Source of the DNA: Eledone cirrhosa
Lineage: Eukaryota
DNA: 64,000 nt
NCBI GenBank assembly: GCA_964016885.1
Contig: OZ024740.1
Coordinates: 20,150,001-20,214,000, forward strand
Direction: 5' to 3'
Shown one piece after another: positions 15,801 through 28,900 of this stretch. The notes beneath the pieces were generated by a model, which was not told where the DNA came from, made no database searches, and saw only the letters and a list, made by a program, of their open reading frames with translations. Numbering within the stretch: the first letter of the stretch is position 1; each line of letters starts with the position of its first letter. The translations under genes were made by a program, and so were the position numbers.

Positions 15801-18050
15801 ATACCCAGTTCCAATGTATGATACCCAGTTCCAATGTCTGATACCCAGTTCCAATGTCTGATACCTAGTTCCAATGTTTGATACCCAGTTCCAATGTTTG
15901 ATACCCAGTTCCAATATCTGATACCCAGTTCCAATGTCTGATACCCAGTTCCAATGTCTGATACCTAGTTCCAATGTTTGATAACCAGTTCCAATGTTTG
16001 ATACCCAGTTCCAGTATCTGATACCCAGTTTCAATGTCTCATACCTAGTTACAATCTCTGATACCCAGTTCCAATGTTTGATACCCAGTTCCAATGTCTG
16101 ATACCCAGTTCCACTGTCTGATACCCATTCGAATGTCTGATACCCAGTTCCCATGTCTGATACCCATTCGAATGTCTGATACCCAGTTCCAGTGTCTGAT
16201 ACCCAGTTCCAATGTTTGACACCCAGTTCCAATGTCTGATGCCCATTCCAATGTTTGATACCCAGTTCCAATATCTGATACCCAGTTCCAATATCTGATA
16301 CCCAGTTCCAATGTCTGATGCCCAGTTCCAATGTCTGATACCCAGTTCCAATGTCTGATACCCAGTTCCAATATCTGATACCTGGTTCCAATGTCTGATA
16401 CCCAGTTCCAGTGTCTGATACACAGTTCCAATGTTTGATACCCAGTTCCAATGTCTGATACGCAGTTCCAATGTTTCATACCCAGTTCCAATGTCTGATA
16501 CCCAGTTCCAATGTCTGATACCCAGTTCCAATATCTGATACCCAGTTCCAATGTCTGATACCCAGTTCCAATGTATGATACCCAGTTCCAATGTCTGATA
16601 CCCAGTTCCAATGTCTGATACCTAGTTCCAATGTTTGATACCCAGTTCCAATGTTTGATACCCAGTTCCAATATCTGATACCCAGTTCCAATGTCTGATA
16701 CCCAGTTCCAATGTCTGATACCTAGTTCCAATGTTTGATAACCAGTTCCAATGTTTGATACCCAGTTCCAGTATCTGATACCCAGTTCCAATGTCTCATA
16801 CCTAGTTCCAATCTCTGATACCCAGTTCCAATGTTTGATACGCAGTTCCAATGTCTGATACCCAGTTCCACTGTCTGATACCCATTCGAATGTCTGATAC
16901 CCAGATCCCATGTCTGATACCCATTCGAATGTCTGATACCCATTTCCAATGTCTGATACGCAGTTCCAATGTTTGATACCCAGTTCCAATGTCTGATACC
17001 CATTCCAATGTTTGATACCCAGTTCCAATGACTGATACCCAGTTCCAATGTCTGATACGCAGTTCCAATGTCTGATACCCAGTTCCAATGTCTGATACGC
17101 AGTTCCAATGTCTGATACCCAGTTGCAATGTCTGATACCCAGTTCCAATGTCTGATACCCAGTTCCAATGCCTGATACCCAGTTCCAATGTTTGATATCC
17201 AGTTCCAATGTTTGATACCCAGTTCCAATGACTGATACGCAGTTCCAATGTCTGATACCCAGTTCCAATGTCTGATACCCAGTTCCAATATCTGATACCC
17301 AGTTCCAATGCCTGATACCCAGTTCCAATGTTTGATACCCAGTTCCAATGTTTGATACCCAGTTCCAATGTCTGATACCTAGTTCCAATGTGTGATACCT
17401 AGTTCCAATGTCTGATACCCAGTTCCAATGTTTGATAACCAGTTCCAATATCTGATACACAGTTCAAATGTCTGATGCCCAGTTCCAATGTTTGATACCC
17501 AGTTCCAATGTCTGATACCCAGTTCCAATGTTTGATACCCAGTTCCAATGTTTGATACCCAGTTCCAATATCTGATACCCAGTTCAAATGTCTGATGCCC
17601 AGTTCCAATGTCAGATACCCAGTTCCAATGTCTGATACTCAGTTCCAATGTCTGATACCCAGTTCCAATATCTGATACCCAGTTCCAATATCTGATACCC
17701 AGTTCCAATGTATGATACCCAATTCCAAAATCTGATACCCAGTTCCAATGTCTGATACCCAGTTCCAATATCTGATACCTAGTTCCAATGTCTGATACCC
17801 AGTTCCTATATCTGATACCCAGTTCCAATATCTGATACCCAGTTCCAATATCTGATACCCAGTTCCAATGTCTTATACCCAATTCCAATGTCTGATACCC
17901 AGTTCCAATGTCTGATCCCCAGTTCCAATGTCTGATACCCAGTTCCAATGTTTGATACCCAGTTCCAATGTCTGATACCCAGTTCGAATGTGTGATACCC
18001 AGTTCCAATGTCTGATACCCAGTTCCAATGTGTGATACCCAGTTCCAATG
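12590..18050. repeat. Tandem higher-order duplication of a ~2.85-kb satellite block; second copy is 180 bp (9 monomers) shorter
   Basis: ORF-track offsets are 2851 (12609/15460, 13194/16045) and then 2671 (13805/16476, 14131/16802, 14708/17379). Boundaries approximate. Confidence 0.9.
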
Positions 18051-21000
18051 TCTGATACCCAGTTCCAATGACTGATACCCAGTTCCAATGTCTGATACCC
18101 AGTTCCAATGTCTGATCCCCAGTTCCAATGTCTGATACCCAGTTCCAATACCTGATACCCAGTTTCAATGTCTGATAGCCAATTCCAATGTCTGATACCC
18201 AGTTCCAATGTTTGATACCCAGTTCCAATGTCTGATACGCAGTTCCAATGTCTGATACCCAATTCCAATGTCTGATACCCAGTTCCAATGTTTGATACCC
18301 AGTTCCAATGTCTGATACCCAGTTCCAATGTCTGATCCCCAGTTCCAATGTCTGATACCCAGTTCCAATATCTGATACGCAGTTCCAATGTCTGATACCT
18401 AGTTCCAATGTCTGATACCCAGTTCCAATGTTTGGTACCCAGTTTCAATGTCTGATACGCAGTTCCAATGTTTGATACCCAGTTCCAATGTCTGATACCC
18501 AGTTCCAACGTCTGATACGCAGTTCCAATATTTGATACCCACTTCCAATATCTGAAAGCCAGTTCCAATGTTTGATACCCAGTTCCAATGTTTGATACCC
18601 AGTTCCAATGCCTGATACCCAGTTCCAATGTCTGATACCCAGTTCCAATGTCTGATCCCCAGTTCCAATGTCTGATACCCAGTTCCAATATCTGATACGC
18701 AGTTCCAATGTCTGATACCTAGTTCCAATGTCTGATACCCAGTTCCAATGTCTGATACCCAGTTCCAATGTATGATACCCAGTTCCTATATCTGATACCT
18801 AGTTCCAATGTCTTATACCCAGTTCCAATGTCTGATACGCAGTTCCAATATTTGATACCCACTTCCAATATCTGATACCCAGTTCCAATGTTTGATACCC
18901 AGTTCCAATGTTTGATACCCAGTTCCAATGCCTGATACCCAGTTCCAATGTCTGATACCCAGTTCCAATGTCTGATACCCATTTCCAATGTTTGATACCC
19001 AGTTCCAATGTCTGATACCCTGTTCCAATGTCTGATACCCAGTTCCAATGTTTGATACCTAGTTCCAATGTCTGATACCCAGTTCCAATGTTTGGTACCC
19101 AGTTCCAATGTCTGATACGCAGTTCCAATGTTTGATACCCAGTTCCAATGTCTGATACCCAGTTCCAATGTCTGATACCCAGTTCCAATATCTGATACGC
19201 AGTTCCAATGTCTGATACCTAGTTCCAATATCTGATACCCAGTTCCAATGTCTGATACCCAGTTCCAATGTATGATACCAAGTTCCTATCTCTGATACCT
19301 AGTTCCAATGTCTGATACCTAGTTCCAATGTCTGATACCCAGTTCCATTGTTTGATACCCAGTTCCAATGTCTGATACCCAGTTCCAATGTATGATACGT
19401 AGTTCGAATGTTTGATACCCAGTTCCAATGTCTGATACCCAGTTCCAATGTTTGATACACAGTTCCAATGTCTGATCCCCAGTTCCAATATCTGATACCC
19501 AGTTCCAATATCTGATACCCAGTTCCAATGTTTGATACCCAGTTCCAATGTCTGATACTCAGTTCCAATGTCTGATACCCTGTTCCAATGTCTGATACCC
19601 AGGTCCAATGTTTGATACCCAGTTCCAATGTCTGATACCCAGTTCCAATGTTTGATACCTAGTTCCAATGTTTGATACCCAGTTCCAATGTTTGATACCC
19701 AGTTCCAATGTCTGATACCTAGTTCCAATGTGTGATACCTAGTTCCAATGTCTGATACCCAGTTCCAATGTTTGATAACCAGATCCAATATCTGATACAC
19801 AGTTCCAATGTCTGATACCCAGTTCCAATGTTTGATACCCAGTTCCAATGTTTGATAGCCAGTTCCAATATCTGATACCCAGTTCAAATGTCTGGTACCC
19901 AGTTCCAATGTCTGATACCCAGTTCCAATATCTGATACCCAGTTCCAATATCTGATACCCAGTTCAAATGTCTGGTACCCAGTTCCAATGTCTGATACCC
20001 AGTTCCAATATCTGATACCCAGTTCCAATATCTGATACGCAGTTCCAATGTCTGATACCCAGTTCCAATGTATGATACCTAGTTCCAATGTCTGATACCC
20101 AGTTCCAATGTATGATACCCAGTTCCAATGTATGATACCCAGTTCCAATGTCTGATACCTAGTTCCAATGTCTGATACCCAGTCCCAATGTTTGATACCC
20201 AGTTCCAATGTCTGATACCCAGTTGCAATGTCTGATACCCAGTTCCAATGTCTGATACCCAGTTCCAATGTCTGATACTCAGTTCCAATGTCTGATACCC
20301 AGTTCCAATGTCTGATACCCAATTCCAATGTTTGATACCCAGTTCCAATGTCTGATACCCAGTTCCAATATCTGATACGCAGTTCCAATGTCTGATACCC
20401 AGTTCCAATGTATGATACCTAGTTCCAATGTCTGATACCCAGTTCCAATGTATGATACCCAGTTCCAATGTATGATACCCAGTTCCAATGTCTGATACCT
20501 AGTTCCAATGTCTGATACCCAGTCCCAATGTTTGATACCCAGTTCCAATGTCTGATACCTAGTTCCAATGTCTGATACCCAGTTCCAATATCTGATACCC
20601 AGTTCCAATGTATGATACCCAGTTCCAATGTCTGATACCTAGTTCCAATGTCTGATACCCAGTCCCAATGTTTGATACCCAGTTCCAATGTCTGATACCC
20701 AGTTCCAATGTCTGATACCCAATTCCAATATCTGATACCCAGTTCCAATGTCTGATACCCAGTCCCAATGTCTGATACTCAGTTCCAATGTCTGATACCC
20801 AGTTGCAATGTCTGATACCCAGTTCCAATGTCTGATACCCAGTTCCAATGTCTGATACTCAGTTCCAATGTCTGATACCCAGTTCCAATATCTGATACCC
20901 AGTTCCAATGTTTGATACCCAGTTCCAATGTCTGATACCCAGTTCCAATATCTGATACCCAGTTCCAATATCTGATACCCAGTTCAAATGTCTGGTACCC

Positions 21001-24000
21001 AGTTCCAATGTCTGATACCCAGTTCCAATATCTGATACCCAGTTCCAATATCTGATACGCAGTTCCAATGTCTGATACCCAGTTCCAATGTATGATACCT
21101 AGTTCCAATGTCTGATACCCAGTTCCAATGTATGATACCCAGTTCCAATGTATGATACACAGTTCCAATGTCTGATACCTAGTTCCAATGTCTGATACCC
21201 AGTCCCAATGTTTGATACCCAGTTCCAATATCTGATACCCAGTTCCAATGTCTGATACCCAATTCCAATATCTGATACCCAGTTCCAATGTCTGATACCC
21301 AGTTCCAATGTCTGATACTCAGTTCCAATGTCTGATACCCAGTTGCAATGTCTGATACCCAGTTCCAATGTCTGATACCCAGTTCCAATGTCTGATACTC
21401 AGTTCCAATGTCTGATACCCAGTTCCAATGTCTGATACCCAGTTCCAATATCTGATACCCAGTTCCAATGTATGATACCCAATTCCAAAATCTGATACCC
21501 AGTTCCAATGTCTGATACCCAGTTCCAATATCTGATACCTAGTTCCAATGTCTGATAGCCAGTTCCAATATCTGATACCTAGTTCCAATATCTGATACCC
21601 AGTTCCAATATCTGATACCCAGTTCCAATGTATGATACCCAATTCCAATATCTGATACCTAGTTCCAATGTCTGATACCCAGTTCCAATATCTGATACCC
21701 AGTTCCAATGTCTGATACCCAATTCCAATGTCTGATACCCAGTTCCAATGTCTGATCCCCAGTACCAATGTCTGATACCCAGTTCCAATGTTTGATACCC
21801 AGTTCCAATGTCTGATACCCAGTTCGAATGTGTGATACCCAGTTCCGATGTCTGATACCCAGTTCCAATGTGTGATACCCAGTTCCAATGTCTGATACCC
21901 AGTTCCAATGACTGATACCCAGTTCCAATGTCTGATACCCAGTTCCAATGTCTGATCCCCAGTTCCAATGTCTGATACCCAGTTCCAATATCTGATACCC
22001 AGTTCCAATGTCTGATACCCAATTCCAATGTCTGATACCCAGTTCCAATGTTTGATACCCAGTTCCAATGTCTGATACGCAGTTCCAATGTCTGATACCC
22101 AATTCCAATGTCTGATACCCAGTTCCAATGTTTGATACCCAGTTCCAATGTCTGATACCCAGTTCCAATGTCTGATCCCCAGTTCCAATGTCTGATAACC
22201 AGTTCCAATATCTGATACGCAGTTCCAATGTCTGATACCTAGTTCCAATGTCTGATACCCAGTTCCAATGTTTGGTACCCAGTTTCAATGTCTGATACGC
22301 AGTTCCAATGTTTGATACCCAGTTCCAATGTCTGATACCCAGTTCCAACGTCTGATACCCAGTTCCAATATCTGATACGCAGTTCCAATGTCTGATACCT
22401 AGTTCCAATGTCTGATACCCAGTTCCAATGTCTGATACCCAGTTCCAATGTATGATACCCAGTTCCTATATCTGATACCTAGTTCCAATGTCTGATACCC
22501 AGTTCCAATGTCTGATACGCAGTTCCAATGTTTGATACCCACTTCCAATATCTGATACCCAGATCCAATGTTTGATACCCAGTTCCAATGTTTGATACCC
22601 AGTTCCAATGCCTGATACCCAGTTCCAATGTCTGATACCCAGTTCCAATGTCTGATACCCAGTTCCAATGTTTGATACCCAGTTCCAATGTCTGATACCC
22701 TGTTCCAATGTCTGATACCCAGTTCCAATGTTTGATACCTAGTTCCAATGTCTGATACCCAGTTCCAATGTTTGGTACCCAGTTCCAATGTCTGATACGC
22801 AGTTCCAATGTTTGATACCCAGTTCCAATGTCTGATACCCAGTTCCAATGTCTGATACCCAGTTCCAATATCTGATACGCAGTTCCAATGTCTGATCCCT
22901 AGTTCCAATATCTGATACCCAGTTCCAATGTCTGATACCCAGTTCCAATGTATGATACCAAGTTCCTATCTCTGATACCTAGTTCCAATGTCTTATACAC
23001 AGTTCCAAAGTCTGATACGCAGTTCCAATGTTTGATACCCACTTCCAATATCTGATACCCAGTTCCAATGTTTGATACCCAGTTCCAATGTTTGATACCC
23101 AGTTCCAATGCCTGATACCCAGTTCCAATGTCTGATACCCAGTTCCAATGTATGATACCCAGTTCCAATGCGTGATACCCAGCTCCAATGTCTGATACCC
23201 AGTTCCAATGTTTGATACCCAGTTCCAATGTGTGATACCCAGTTCCAATGTATGATACCCAGTTCCAATGTCTGATACCCAGTTCCAATGTCTGATAGCC
23301 AGTTCCAATGTCTGATACTCAGTTCCAATGTCTGATACCCAGGTCCAATGTCTGATACCCAGTTCCAATGTCTGATACCCAGTTCCAATGTATGATACCC
23401 AGTTCCAATGTCAGATACCCAGTTCCAATGTCTGATACTCAGTTCCAATATCTGATACCCAGTTCCAATGTCTGATACCCAGTTCCAATATCTGATACCC
23501 AGTTCCAATGTATGATACCCAATTCCAATATCTGATACCTAGTTCCAATGTCTGATACCCAGTTCCAATATCTGATACCCAGTTCCAATGTCTGATACCC
23601 AATTCCAATGTCTGATACCCAGTTCCAATGTCTGATCCCCAGTTCCAATGTCTGATACCCAGTTCCAATGTTTGATACCCAGTTCCAATGTCTGATACCC
23701 AGTTCGAATGTGTGATACCCAGTTCCGATGTCTGATACCCAGTTCCAATGTGTGATACCCAGTTCCAATGTCTGATACCCAGTTCCAATGACTGATACCC
23801 AGTTCCAATGTCTGATACCCAGTTCCCATGTCTGATCCCCAGTTCCAATGTCTGATACCCAGTTCCAATATCCGATACCCAGTTCCAATGTCTGATACCC
23901 AATTCCAATGTCTGATACCCAGTTCCAATGTTTGATACCCAGTTCCAATGTCTGATACGCAGTTCCAATGTCTGATACCCAATTCCAATGTCTGATACCC

Positions 24001-25910
24001 AGTTCCAATGTTTGATACCCAGTTCCAATGTCTGATACCCAGTTCCAATGTCTGATCCCCAGTTCCAATGTCTGATACCCAGTTCCAATATCTGATACGC
24101 AGTTCCAATGTCTGATACCTAGTTCCAATGTCTGATACCCAGTTCCAATGTTTGGTACCCAGTTTCAATGTCTGATACTCAGTTCCAATGTTTGATACCC
24201 AGTTCCAATGTCTGATACCCAGTTCCAACGTCTGATACCCAGTTCCAATATCTGATACGCAGTTCCAATGTCTGATACCTAGTTCCAATGTCTGATACCC
24301 AGTTCCAATGTCTGATACCCAGTTCCAATGTATGATACCCAGTTCCTATATCTGATACCTAGTTCCAATGTCTTATACCCAGTTCCAATGTCTGATACGC
24401 AGTTCCAATATTTGATACCCACTTCCAATATCTGATACCCAGTTCCAATGTTTGATACCCAGTTCCAATGTTTGATACCCAGTTCCAATGCTTGATACCC
24501 AGTTCCAATGTCTGATACCCAGTTCCAATGTCTGATACCCAGTTCCAATGTTTGATACCCACTTCCAATGTCTGATACCCTGTTCCAATGTCTGATACCC
24601 AGTTCCAATGTTTGATACCTAGTTCCAATGTCTGATACCCAGTTCCAATGTTTGGTACCCAGTTCCAATGTCTGATACGCAGTTCCAATGTTTGATACCC
24701 AATTCCAATGTCTGATACCCAGTTCCAATGTCTGATACCCAGTTCCAATATCTGATACGCAGTTCCAATGTCTGATACCTAGTTCCAATATCTGATACCC
24801 AGTTCCAATGTCTGATACCCAGTTCCAATGTATGATACCCAGTTCCTATATCTGATACCTAGTTCCAATGTCTTATACCCAGTTCCAATGTCTGATACGC
24901 AGTTCCAATGTTTGATACCCACTTCCAATATCTGATACCCAGTTCCAATGTCTGATACCCAGTTCCAATATCTGATACCCAGTTCCAATGTCTGATACCC
25001 AGTTCCAATGCCTGATACCCAGTTCCAATGTCTGATACCCAGTTCCAATGTCTGATACCCAGTTCCAATGTTTGATACCCAGTTCCAATGTCTGATACCC
25101 AGCTCCAATGTCTGATACCCAGTTCCAATGTTTGATACCCAGTTCCAATGTGTGATACCCAGTTCCAATGTGTGATACCTAGTTCCAATGTCTGATACCC
25201 AGTTACAATGTTTGATACCCAGTTCCAATGTTTGATACCCAGTTCCAATGTCTGATACCCAGTTCAAATGTTTTGATACCTAGTTCCAATGTTTGATACC
25301 CTGTTCCAATGTTTGATACCCAGTTCCAATGTCTGATACCCAGTTCCAATGTCTGATACCCAGTTCCAATATCTGATACCCAGTTCCAATGTTTGATAAC
25401 CAGTTCCAATGTTTGATACCCAGTTCCAATGTCTGATACCCAGTTCCAATGTCTGATACCTAGTTCGAATGTTTGATACCTAGTTCCAATGTCTGATACC
25501 CAGTTCCAATGTCTGATACCCAGTTCCAATGTCTGATATCGAGTTCCAATGTTTGATACCCAGTTCCAATGTCTGATACCCAGTTCCAATGTCTGATACC
25601 CAGTTCCAATGTTTGATACCCAGTTCCAATGTCTGATCCCCAGTTCCAATGTCTGATACCCAGTTCCAATATCTGATACCCAGTTCCAATGTTTGATACC
25701 TAGTTCCAATGTTTGATACCCAGTTCCAATGTTTGATACCCAGTTCCAATGTCTGATAACCAGTTCCAATGTCTGATACCTAGTTCCAATGTTTGATACC
25801 TAGTTCCAATCTCTGATACCCAGTTCCAATGTTTGATAACCAGTTCCAATATCTGATACCCAGTTCCAATGTTTGATACCTAATTCCAATGTCTGATACC
25901 CAGTTCCAAT

Positions 25911-28900
25911 GTTTGATAACCAGTTCCAATGTTTGATACCTAGTTCCAATGTCTGATACCTAGTTCCAATGTTTGATACCTAGTTCCAATGTCTGATACC
26001 CAGTTCCAATGTTTGATACCTAGTTCCAACGTTTGATACCCAGTTCCAATGTTTCATACCCAGTTCCAATGTCTGATATCCAGTTCCAATGTCTGATACC
26101 CAGTTCCAATGTTTGATACCCAGTTCCAATGTTTGATACCCAGTTCCAATGTCTGATACCCAGTTCCAATGTCTGATACCTAGTTCGAATGTTTGATACC
26201 CAGTTCCAATGTCTGATACCCAATTCCAATGTTTGATACCCAGTTCCAATGTCTGATACCCAGTTCCAATATATGATACCCAGTTCCAATGTTTGATACC
26301 CAGTTCCAATGTCTGATACCCTGTTCCAATGTCTGATACCCAGTTCCAATGTTTGATACCCAGTTCCAATGTCTGATACCCAGTGCCAATGTTTCATACC
26401 TAGTTCCCATGTTTGATACCCAGTTCCAATGTTTGATACCCAGTTCCAATATCTGATACCCAGTTCAAATGTCTGATACCCAGTTCCAATGTCTGATACC
26501 CAGTTCCAGTGTCTGATACCCAGTTCCAATATCTGATACGCAGTTCCAATGTCTGATACCCAATTCCAATGTCTGATACCCAGTTCCAATGTCTGATCCC
26601 CAGTTCCAATGTCTGATACCCAGTTCCAATATCTGATACGCAGTTCCAATGTTTGATACCCAGTTCCAATGTGTGATACCCAGTTCCAATGTGTGATACC
26701 TAGTTCCAATGTCTGATACCCAGTTACAATGTTTGATACCCAGTTCCAATGTCTGATACGCAGTTCAAATGTTTGATACCCACTTCCAATATCTGATACC
26801 CAGTTCCAATGTTTGATACCCAGTTCCAATGCCTGATACCCAGTTCCAATGTCTGATACCCAGTTCCAATGTCTGATACCCAGTTCCAATGTTTGATACC
26901 TAGTTCCAATGTCTGATACCCAGTTCCAATGTTTGGTACCCAGTTCCAATGTCTGATACGCAGTTCCAATGTTTGATACCCAGTTCCAATGTCTGATACC
27001 CAGTTCCAATGTCTGATACCCAGTTCCAATATCTGATACGCAGTTCCAATGTCTGATACCTAGTTCCAATATCTGATACCCAGTTCCAATGTCTGATACC
27101 CAGTTCCAATGTATGATACCAAGTTTCTATCTCTGATACCTAGTTCCAATGTCTTATACCCAGTTCCAATGTCTGATACGCAGTTCCAATGTTTGATACC
27201 CACTTCCAATATCTGATACCCAGTTCCAATGTTTGATACCCAGTTCCAATGTTTGATACCCAGTTCCAATGCCTGATACCCAGTTCCAATGTCTGATACC
27301 CAGTTCCAATGTCTGATACCCAGTTCCAATGTTTGATACCCAGTTCCAATGTCTGATACCCAGTTCCAATGTCTGAACCCAGCTCCAATGTCTGATACCC
27401 AGTTCCAATGTTTGATACCCAGTTCCAATGTGTGATACCCAGTTCCAATGTGTGATACCTAGTTCCAATGTCTGATACCCAGTTACAATGTTTGATACCC
27501 AGTTCCAATGTTTGATACCCAGTTCCAATGTCTGATACCCAGTTCCAATGTTTTGATACCTAGTTCCAATGTTTGATACCCTGTTCCAATGTTTGATACC
27601 CAGTTCCAATGTCTGATACCCAGTTCCAATCTCTGATACCCAGTTCCAATATCTGATACCCAGTTCCAATGTTTGATAACCAGTTCCAATGTTTGATACC
27701 CAGTTCCAATGTCTCATACCCAGTTCCAATGTCTGATACCTAGTTCGAATGTTTGATACCTAGTTCCAATGTCTGATACCCAGTTCCAATGTCTGATACC
27801 CAGTTCCAATGTCTGATATCGAGTTCCAATGTTTGATACCCAGTTCCAATGTCTGATACCCAGTTCCAATGTCTGATACCCAGTTCCAATGTTTGATACC
27901 CAGTTCCAATGTCTGATCCCCAGTTCCAATGTCTGATACCCAGTTCCAATATCTGATACCCAGTTCCAATGTTTGATACCTAGTTCCAATGTTTGATACC
28001 GAGTTCCAATGTTTGATACCCAGTTCCAATGTCTGATAGCCAGTTCCAATGTCTGATACCTAGTTCCAATGTTTGATACCTAGTTCCAATCTCTGATACC
28101 CAGTTCCAATGTGTGATAACCAGTTCCAATATCTGATACCCAGTTCCAATGTTTGATACCTAATTCCAATGTCTGATACCCAGTTCCAATGTTTGATAAC
28201 CAGTTCCAATGTTTGATACCTAGTTCCAATGTCTGATACCTAGTTCCAATGTTTGATACCTAGTTCTAATGTCTGATACCCAGTTCCAATGTTTGATACC
28301 CAGTTCCAATGTTTCATACCCAGTTCCAATGTCTGATACCCAGATCCAATGTCGGATACCCAGTTTCAATGTTTGATACCCAGTTCCAATGTTTGATACC
28401 CAGTTCCAATGTCTGATACCCAGTTCCAATGTCTGATACCTAGTTCGAATGTTTGATACCCAGTTCCAATGTCTGATACCCAATTCCAATGTTTGATACC
28501 CAGTTCCAATGTCTGATCCCCAGTTCCAATATCTGATACCCAGTTCCAATATCTGATACCCAGTTCCAATGTTTGATACCCAGTTCCAATGTCTGATACC
28601 CTGTTCCAATGTCTGATACCCAGTTCCAATGTTTGATACCCAGTTCCAATATCTGATACCCAGTTCAAATGTCTGATACCCAGTTCCAATGTCTGATACC
28701 CAGTTCCAATGTCTGATACCCAGTTCCAATATCTGATACGCAGTTCCAATGTCTGATACCCAATTCCAATGTCTGATACCCAATTCCAATGTCTGATACT
28801 CAGTTCCAATATCTGATACCCAGTTCCAATATATGTTACCCAGTTCCAATATCTGATACCCAGTTCCAATGTCTGATACCCAGTTCCAATGTCTGATACC

